A DNA stretch of 64,000 bases from the human T2T-CHM13v2.0 reference genome, Homo sapiens. The notes beneath the pieces are model-generated. The model worked only from the letters and a program-made list of their open reading frames with translations, made no database searches and was not told the DNA's origin. Shown piece after piece: positions 54,916 to 64,000 of the stretch (the stretch's first letter is position 1; each line of letters opens with the position of its first letter). The stretch lies in NCBI RefSeq assembly GCF_009914755.1, contig NC_060928.1; one strand, written 5' to 3'. Made by a program: the position numbers and the translations under genes.

Positions 54916-56677
54916 CCACTTTCTTAATTATCTGTACAGACACATTGACTAAGCTTGAAATTAGGAAATTATATTTACTATTCTTTTAAGTTTAGTTTTT
55001 GTTAGTGTGAGGAAGAAAGGGCACACCTCCCCATTTGTATCTCTATCCATCTGATCTTTGCAATAGCAGATGCAAGCCAGATTTATAAAATGAAACACTG
55101 GAGAAAAAAATTCAGTGAAATGTATGTATTATGACACTGTTAAAATAAAAGTTAAAGGTTACTTACCCAAAGTCTTTAAAAACTAATCCTGAAGGCCTGA
55201 GTCTGACAGATATGTATTCATATAAAATAAACAGAACATAACTGACAGTTAAGTAGATCTTAAATACCTTTTAATGACTCTAAATATGCACAAAGTGATC
55301 AGGTCTAAAAATTGCCTTAGACCTTGAGAATGATTAATCCTACTTTGTTTTCAAATCACAAGCAATTATACTCCAAAGAATAATTTCAAGGTTGTATATT
55401 ATTTTGCTGCTACCTGTATATTTTGCTTAATTTATAGTTCTAAGAAAGATAATATTCAGTTTCAGAACTTGGAAATAAAGCAGAAACATTTACACTACCT
55501 GTGTTTCTATGGATACCAATGCATTTATAAACATTTAGCTATTCTTAAAATTTAGAAATGAAATGTCAGTGATTTAGTGAACTATTTTATTCTGCAATTT
55601 ATGAGGCACTAGGAACATTTCTTGGAATAAGCAGGAACATAGGGAGGAAAGAGAGATACCAGTAAAACATTCCTATATACCATTAGTCAAGCTTTACAAC
55701 AGAAAACTTCATAAAAATTTTTAAAGTTGCTATTTCATTCTGGGTGACTTCATAGCAATAGGCTTCACTCAATTTTATAATGCTTCCCAGAAAATGTGTT
55801 TACTTAGATTGAATGCTATGGATTTCTTTTGCAGATATGCATTTAATGTTCCATTTAAGACAGAAACAGAATGAAGTCTGCCCTGGGATATCATACTTGG
55901 GATTTGTGAGCATTTTCTTTGATTTTATCTTTTGAAGTGCGGTAACTCTAAGTTGTATTGTACTATGTTGTCATTTTAGGAGAGCTGTTTTGTGGTAGAT
56001 TTTGATATTATACAACTATAAGACCTTTTGTTGTTAAATAATAGATAACACAAAACTCCCGCTTTTATCATACTACATTTTGCTCTTATTAATAGCTCAT
56101 TTTAAAATGTAATGGAGAGTCCTATGTCAGAATCATGAAAAATTATCTATGAGTAACAATTTGTTAAAATATGTCTTGTTACCATTCTAGTGGAAATCTA
56201 CTCTGAGAACATGTAGGATATACTGGTTTTGTTCTTGAAGTAGAAAGAAATAATTCAAATAAAAACAGATATGAGAAAAATTATTACATAATATACTGGC
56301 TGATTCATTAATTTTTCTTTAAGTAATAATGCAGTCCTTTATTGAGCTATAATCTGACTTTTACAGAAATGTGCCCCTTTTTATGTCATTAAAGAGGAAT
56401 TTAAATTGCAGCAATATTATTAAGGGGGATATATCTATTATCTATTTTATTGTGTTTTATGATATACGTGAAGACATTGGTGTATATTAGTCATTGCAAT
56501 AATGAGTAGATACTGTGCTGTGTAGAATTTTAATGCATAAATGGCATTTACATTGGTTATTTATCTTTTATCTTAAAAAGTGTGCCTGTAGTAGTTATCA
56601 AAGACTAATGCTGTATCTCATCTATACAGACACAGGGAAGGCATTGGCAGGTTAATAGGACAAATCAGAACTCTTAT

Positions 56678-56945
56678 TTTTAATTTTTGTTTTTTGAGAT
56701 GGAGTCTCACTCTGTTGCCCAGGCTGGGCTGGAGTGCAGTGGTGCAATCTCGGCTCACTGCAACATCTGCCTCCCGGGTCAAGCGATTCTCCTGCCTCAG
56801 CCTCCCAAGTAGCTGAGACTACAGGTGCCCACCACCATGGCCAGCTAATTTTTTTGTATTTTTAGTAGAGATGGGATTTCACCATGTTGGCCAGGCTGGT
56901 CTCAAACACCTGACCTCAAATGATCCACCTGCCTCAGCCTCCCAA
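56678..56945 (-). mobile_element. AluS, 5'-truncated
   Basis: Perfect 19-bp TSD gacaaatcagaactcttat (56659-56677, 56946-56964). Confidence 0.95.
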
Positions 56946-57074
56946 GACAAATCAGAACTCTTATACTAACCTCTCTCTACCTTACTCATGAAGGTTTAGA
57001 GGATCAGAGATGCTGCTGCTATATTTGTGACAAATCAAAGAAAGATAACTCCTACTCACACATATTCACTCCAC

Positions 57075-57300
57075 AGTGTAACTACTTTGGTTCAAAATCT
57101 CACTTTGATTTTAATAGCTAACAGTTTTTGGGCAAGTTACTTGGTATTGCAGTCTCTCTGTTTCTGCCTCTTTAAAAAGTGAATAATAAAAACTAAACAA
57201 TGGAATCATTATGAAGATTAAAGTGTTAATATGCATAGGAACCACTTAGAAAGGGCCTGGTACATGGTATGTGTTGCATAGGAGATTATCATTATTATCA
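57075..57300 (+). mobile_element. MIR
   Basis: ggttcaaaatctcacttt, ttgggcaagttactt and tatgaagattaaa..cacttagaa..gcctggtacatggta. Confidence 0.75.
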
Positions 57301-58142
57301 TCAATATTGGCTGTAGTAATAAGCAGGAAAATCATTGTAGAAAGCCCCAGAATTTCCATGTCCTGATTCTGCATATACTTGATTCTTTACAGCTTACTCC
57401 ATCAAAATTATTCCAAGTCAGCCCGACTAAGATAATTTCTGCAACATGCAGCGGGTCCTGTCAGAGCTCCTTTCCTCCCGTGGTGTCTCTTTGAGTCCAG
57501 TTATTCATTGCCATATTGTTCCCTCTTGCTGTTCTGTCCCACTCCGTATGCCAACAGCAATTCTTAGGAGAAGCCCTAAATGTAAGTGATCCAGAGCACA
57601 AAACGCATTTACCTAAGTTGTTATGAGGAAAGAAGGACACAAGTAAAATAAGAGTGTAGCCTAACATATGGCCTAATGGTGAGTATAAAGAAACATAAAA
57701 CCTAACTTGCTTTATAAGGAAGCACTTTACAAGTGTCATGAGAAAGAGGTGGCAGGGGCTATAGGAACTTAGAGGAAAGCAAGCCTACTTTTTGTGCTCT
57801 TCTCAGGCAGAAAAAAAATATATTGAAAAATAAGTAATAGAAAAAACACAGAAGTAAAAGGGCACTTCATGCAAGGGGAATAGTTTTTATGAGGGAGAAC
57901 AGCATATAAAGAGGCTAATATGTAGATTGCTTTATATGGAATAGTGTTGTCATTGGAAATTATGGATTTGTTTATTTATCCACTTATATAGCATTGACCA
58001 CACACCAGGCATGTTGGTAAGCACTTTCCAATTATAGAAGAATATATTCCTTAACAATAAACATGAGAAGGCTGGTGTGATAATGTTAATGTCAGATAAA
58101 ATAGACTTCAAGACAAGACATATTATTGAGATTAAAAAGAGG

Positions 58143-58554
58143 GGCCAGGCGGTGGCTCACGCCTGTAATCCAAGCACTTTGGGAGGCTGAGGTGGGTGGA
58201 TCATGAGGTCAGGAGATCGAGACCATCCTGGCTAACACAGTGAAACCCTGTCTCTACTAAAAAATACAAAAAAATTAGCCAGGTGTGGTGGCATGTGCCT
58301 GTAGTCCCAGCTACTTGGGACTTGTAGGCTGTGCCTGTAGTCCCAGCAACTTGGGACTGCAGTACTTGGGACATGTAGTACAGGGCATGTGCCTGTAGTC
58401 CCAGCTACTTGGGACTACAGCTACTTGGGAGGCTGAGGCAAGAGAATCGCTTGAACCCTGGAAGTGGATGTTGCAGTGAACCAAGATGGTGCCACTGCAC
58501 TCCAGGCTGGGCGACAAAGCAAAACTTTGTCTCAAAAAAAAAAAAAAAAAAAAA
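58143..58554 (+). mobile_element. Alu (Sc/Y-like) expanded by ~110 bp internally
   Basis: Normal Alu arms with repeated gcctgtagtcccagc.acttggga units at 58291-58430. Confidence 0.93.
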
Positions 58555-60429
58555 GGAGGAAAATTTTATAACATTAAAATGTAGTCATTGGGCAGAGATA
58601 ATCCTTAATATAAAAGTCAATAATAACAGAAAATCTAAATAAACGAAGACTTGTATTTATAAGACTTAAAGATTGAAATAAGTAAATCCACAATTATAAT
58701 TTCAGATTTTTAACACCCTTCTCTCATTAATTGATAGGCCAAGTAGAAAAAAAATCAGTAGAGATGTAGACATTGAACAACATTAACTACTGAAACGTAA
58801 TCTAATTGATATTTATGGAACATAACATGCAATAATTACAGAATATACATGTTTTTCAAGTGCACTCTGAGCATTCCTTAAGATACACCATATAATAAGC
58901 TATTTAATAACCCTCCATAAATTTTACAAGATTGAAATCTTACAGGGCATATTCTCTGAGCAGAACAGAATTAATTAAAAATCAATCACAATAAAATATC
59001 TAAAAAAATCTCCACAAGTATTTGAAAATTAATCACATACTTCTCTATAAATAAAATGTCAAAGGAGAATGTCCCAAGGAAAAATAGAAATTATTTCAAA
59101 GTAGACAGATATTTAAACAAAACACCAAAATTTATAGAATGTAGTAAGGCAGAGCTTAAAGGAAAGTGTTTAGTTTTAAATGTAATTCTTATACTAGAAA
59201 AAATGTAAAAGACTAAAATTAATTATCTAAGCCTCAACTTTAAGATTCTGCAAAAAAGAATGAATTAAACTCAGAGAAATTAGAAGGATGAAAATGAAGA
59301 TAAGGGTTGAAATCGATGAAACATAAAACTGAAAAACAAAGAAGAAATTAATAAAGCAAAAAGATGATTCTTTAAAAAGATGAAGAAAACCCATATACTC
59401 CTAAAAAAGGCTACTCAAGAAAATAGAATAAAATCACTTTCTAATATTAAGAATGAAAGAAGAAATCTTTCTAGAGACACTGTATATGACACAAGAATAA
59501 GAAGAGAACCTTAAGGACAATCTTATGCCAATATATTTAACAACTTAGATGAAATATGCAATTTCTGTGAAAACCAAAATTATAAAAATGAACACAAGAA
59601 GTGACTGAAATTGATATGCTTTATAAAATAAATTCAATTTATAAATTAAAAGAAGCAAGCAAGGAAACAAAAATAAAAGAAAAAGAAAGGTTCATCTTGA
59701 AGAAAATTTCAGGCCCAAGTGCTTCATTGGTGGTATTTTAACTATTTATGGAAAAACTAATATTAATTCTACACAAAATCTCTGAAAAATAGAGGAGGAG
59801 GGAAAAATTTCAAGCTTATTTTAAGAAGCTAATATAACACCTGTGTGAACCTGACCAGGACACCAGAGAAAACAAATTATAGATTTTTTATAAACAAGGA
59901 GGCAAAAATCCTTAATTACATAGCAAAACAAAATTCAGCAATATATAGAAATGGATGTATATCATGACCAAGTAGAGTCTACTTTGGAGGGAAAGTTTGT
60001 TTTAAAATTGAGAAAAACTGTAATTTATCACATTAACAATTATAAGAGCAAATTCAAGTGATCTTCTCAATAGCTGCAGAAAATGCAATCTTTGCTACCC
60101 ATTCAAGATGAAACTGTACATCCTCAGTCTGATAAAGAGCATCATTTAAAGGAAAAAAACAAAAACTAATGCCAACACCTTACATCATTATAAAATACAG
60201 AATACTTGTAGAATGCTTTCTCCCTTATAAGGGGAAAAAGACAAAGATGTCTGTTACCACCATTTCCATGCCACATTAAACTGAAATTCAACCAATACAA
60301 TATGGTAAAAGTAAGCATATTAAAAACACAGACAAAGAAAGATTTTGACTGTCTTCATCCACAGATAATAAGAGTATATATAAAACTCCTTCTGAAAAAA
60401 TTGAGAAAAATTTACTTGAACTAATAAGT

Positions 60430-60596
60430 TGTTTGTTTGTTTGTTTAGAGACAAGGTCTTGCTCTGTCATCCAAGCTAGAGTGCAGTAGTGCAATCACAG
60501 CTTTCTGTAATCTCAAACCCTTGGGCTCAAGCAGTCCTCCTGCATTGGCCTCCCAAAGTTGTATGATTTACAGGCATGAGCCACTATGCCTGGCTT
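60430..60596 (-). mobile_element. Alu monomer (FRAM/AluJ-like)
   Basis: Single arm of ~165 bp with gggctcaagcagtcctcc; TSD taataagtt. Confidence 0.85.
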
Positions 60597-61044
60597 AATA
60601 AGTTCATTTATCTGGGTAACAGCACATAAGATCAATATACGAACATAATAAAAATAAGAAAACAACAACAATAATAATTGGATATCTATTAAAAAAGCAA
60701 CAATTGAAATTTAATTGAAAATACTACTATTTAATACTGTTTATACAGTATTATATAGTTATAATACTATTTACTATAGAATTGAAACATAATTATAAAT
60801 AAGCATACCAAAATATGTTAGATTCAAAAATTGAAAACTACGAATCATTGAACACTACTCAGAGACATCAAAGAAAATCTAAATCAACTAAGAAATATTC
60901 CATTTTCTTGAAAAAGACTATGAACCATCATTAAGAGTTCAGCTTTCCTCAAATTGATGCATAGAGTCAATGTAATAACAATCATATCTCTACAGTTTTG
61001 TTTTATTTTTGTAAAAGTTAACAGGCTGACTCTAAATTTTTTTG

Positions 61045-61310
61045 TAATTTTAATTTTTATTTTAATACTATTGGGGATGTTTGGTTGCATGGAAAAGTTC
61101 TTTAGTGGTGATTTCTGAAATTTTTGTGCACCCATCATCTGAGTAGTGTATACTGTGCCCAAAGTGTAGTCTTTTAGTCCTCACCCCCCTTTCAGGCTTC
61201 CCCCGAGTCCCCAAGGTCTATTGTATCATTCTTACGCCTTTGCATCCTCATAGCTTAGCTCTCTTTGTAAGTGAGAACAATGTTTGATTTTCCATTCCCG
61301 AGTTACTTCA
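61045..61310 (-). mobile_element. L1PB 3' tip
   Basis: aagttctttagtggtgatttctga..gtgcacccatca..ttgcatcctcatagcttagctc, the same family as 2630-3565. Confidence 0.85.
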
Positions 61311-62463
61311 ATTTATGAAGAGATAAAAACACCTAACATATTCGTAAAGGAGTAACAAATTTGAACTTACCATGAATCTACAGTAGATAAAACAGTGCAT
61401 TATTGGCATAAACAGACATAGATCAATGGAACAATACAGAATGTCTAAAATAGCCTTACACGTTCAAAGCCATGGTTTTTTTGTCAAAGGTTAAGATGTC
61501 ATTCAACAACAACTACAAAGTGGAAATCAAAGAAACAAAAAAACTGTTGGAGAAGTTGAATAAAAATGTGTAAAACATGTACCTTAACTTCTGCCTCATG
61601 CCATATACCAAGTTTATTCAAGATGGATCATCAAGCTAAACACAAAACTGGAACTATAAAAATTATAGTAGAAAACCTAAGAAAATATTTTTCAACTTTG
61701 GTGTAGGCAAGGTATTTTAGAGTGAACATAAAAAGCACTAATCATAAAATATAAGTTTAAAAAATTTACCTCATTCTAATTAAAAACCCCTCGCCATCAA
61801 AAGTTACTACATAAAAACAGGCAAGCCATTTATGGGATAAATTATTTGTAATTTGTAATTTACAAAACACTATTGTGATGTATAATGTATTGTGACGTAT
61901 AATGTCTTTAATCATCAGGCAAATGACTGCTAAAAACATAATTGCACAGGCCCTCCCACTGGTGTGTCTAATATTGAAAATACTGAGGACAAATGTTGGT
62001 AAACGTGGAGAACTTCAATTCTGATGCATTGTAGGTGGGAATATCAAATGGTTCCATAACTCTTAACAACTGTTGGGCAGATTCTTATATAGTAAAACAC
62101 AAACACACACTTACTCTGTACTCCAGCAATTATACTCCTAGGTTTTTACTTAAGAGAAATGAAAATATATGTCCACAAAAGACTCACATACAAATGTTTA
62201 CAGCAGCTTTATTTTTAAGAGCCCCAATCTGAAAACAACCCAAATGTTTTTCCACAGAAGAAGAGATAAACAAATTTAAGCATATTTATACAATAAATAC
62301 TACACAACAATCAAAATAAATGGAGTTCTAATAAATGAAACCACATGGATCAATCTCAAAAATATGCTGAATGAAAGAAGCTAGCCTAAAGATAAATATT
62401 ATATGATTTTTAAGTAAAGAATAAGAACAGGTAAAGGTTTTCTATAGAAATCAGAATAATGAT

Positions 62464-62769
62464 TGTGATGGTTAATACTGAGTGTCAACTCGATTGGATT
62501 GAAGGATGCAAAGTATTGATAATGGGTGTGTCTGTGAGGGTGTTGCCAAAGGAGATTAACATTTGAGTCAGTGGGCTGAGAAAGGCAGACCCACCCTTAA
62601 TCTGGGTGGACCCAATCAAATCAGCTGCCAGCGAGGCTAGAATATAAGCAGGCAGAAAAATCTAAAAAGAGAGACTGGCCTAGCCTCCCAGCCTACATCT
62701 TTCTCCTGTGCTAAACTAAATAAATATATTCCATTAGTTCTGCCCCTCTAGAGAATCCTGATTTATACA
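62464..62769 (+). mobile_element. MLT2A (HERV-L) solo LTR with an internal deletion
   Basis: tgtgatggttaatactgagtgtcaact..gattggattgaaggatgcaaagtattg ... ctagagaatcctgatttataca; TSD atgat/gtgat. Confidence 0.9.
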
Positions 62770-64000
62770 GTGATTATCTGTGGAAGATAGAAATTGACTA
62801 GAAGGAAGTAAAAGAGAACTTTCCGAGTTGACAGATATGTTGCACATCTTGAAATGTTGTTTATCCATAAGTCCAAGCTCATTGAATTGTTCACTTACTA
62901 TGTATAAATTATATATAAATTGTAACTCAAAAAAGAGAGTTGGGGGGCAGGGGAGAGGTTAGATACTAGTCTGTAAAAAAAATGCTAGGAATTCTGTCAA
63001 ACTAGATTCCCCTGGTTGGCATAAGCTATGCCATTATACAAATTTAATAATTAAGTCCTACCCCATGGATAAATCATAATTAGCACCCTTTCCCAAGTTG
63101 TTAGATACAGGTACCCCCTTTGCACAGACTGATTAACAAAAGTCATTCTCAGATGACTGCTCTAAGCTGCACTTTTACCCATTCCACTTTAGGCAGATGC
63201 TTTTGTGCAGAGCACAGTCTGTCAGATTTTTACACTACTGTCTTGGACCAAGGTCAAGGTCACAAAGCAATGAGTTCAAGTCTTATTAGAGATAATTTTA
63301 GAGTCAAGATTGACACAAATAGTATTAATTAGTCTAACAATATTGTGGAGGAGGTTAGAAACTAAAGCAGACTGGAATAAGGGAGGTAAGTTGGGGACTA
63401 AACTAGGGTGCTGGCATTGGGAATGAACAAGGGGATGCATACATGTTATGAAAAGTTACCAAAATTTGCAACCTAATCCCACAGGGGACGGGGGAAGCCT
63501 GGGCTCAGCATTTGCATGTGGGGCAAGTTAAGGCTTACTCTAAGGCACTTAAGGATGGTAGCATTTCTATGCCTTTATTCCATGCTCAAGCATCATAGGG
63601 AATCTGCTTCCTTTTATCAGAATGAGCATTTCTTCTCTATATGATGTTATTTGAGAGTTGGGAAATAAAGATGAATGAATACAGCAGGTTTCTGTTTCAC
63701 AGTGTATTAATCCTCCAGTGAAGTTAACATGCAATTGTTCTTCAAATAAATGCTGTTATATAATAGAGCTTTCTAGAAAACTATCTTAGGATCACAGATA
63801 AATAGCTAGTTAACACAGCTACCAGGAGACAATCATTGACATCAATCTTAATATATTAGAGGGAATTCTTCAGTGAGTAATACATTATAGACAAAAAGAT
63901 CAATATGTATAAATATCATATATCTGCAAGTAATTATGAGAACAGGAAATGATTGAGTTGAACCATGATGTGTAGAATATACATTAGGAATAGATGGAAG

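Larger units (their letters stand above)
58040..62935 (+). mobile_element. Long old L1M (ORF2 to 3'UTR) interrupted by Alu, Alu monomer, L1PB tip and MLT2A
   Basis: tcagataaaatagacttcaagac, aacaacttagatgaaat, caggcccaagtgcttcattggtg, ccagcaattatactcctagg in L1 order. Confidence 0.85.

Noticed and set aside
62338-62350. aaaccacatggat as donor of the 27-nt patch in the Alu at 50314
   Set aside because: Only 13 nt, inside a common L1 motif and 12 kb away; not distinguishable from chance.

Overview
Human genomic DNA: AT-rich, repeat-dense and apparently intronic or intergenic. The species call rests on an AluYb8 at 50478-50793 that carries the subfamily's diagnostic changes. I recognise no protein-coding exon or RNA gene. 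Almost every ORF in the supplied track is Alu, L1, LTR12 or THE1 sequence, or a chance ORF. The window is a stack of nested transposons: Tigger > 5'-inverted L1PA > L1PB; an ERVL provirus remnant > a two-LTR THE1 provirus; hAT-Charlie > AluY > AluYb8; MLT2 > L1PA; MER21 > Alu. I do not see a clearly new biological system. The strongest signal the repeat annotation does not explain is a set of locally templated insertions and rearrangement scars: a ~215-bp copy placed in a (CCA)n tract, a ~90-bp copy inside an AT patchwork, fold-back insertions inside Alus, and a 3'-deleted CpG-rich LTR12. A few repeat-free islands (about 28.4-29.6 kb, 42.6-45.5 kb, 47.9-48.1 kb, 57.4-57.6 kb) remain unexplained. 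Repeat subfamily names come from recalled consensus sequences rather than a search, and boundaries of old elements are approximate.
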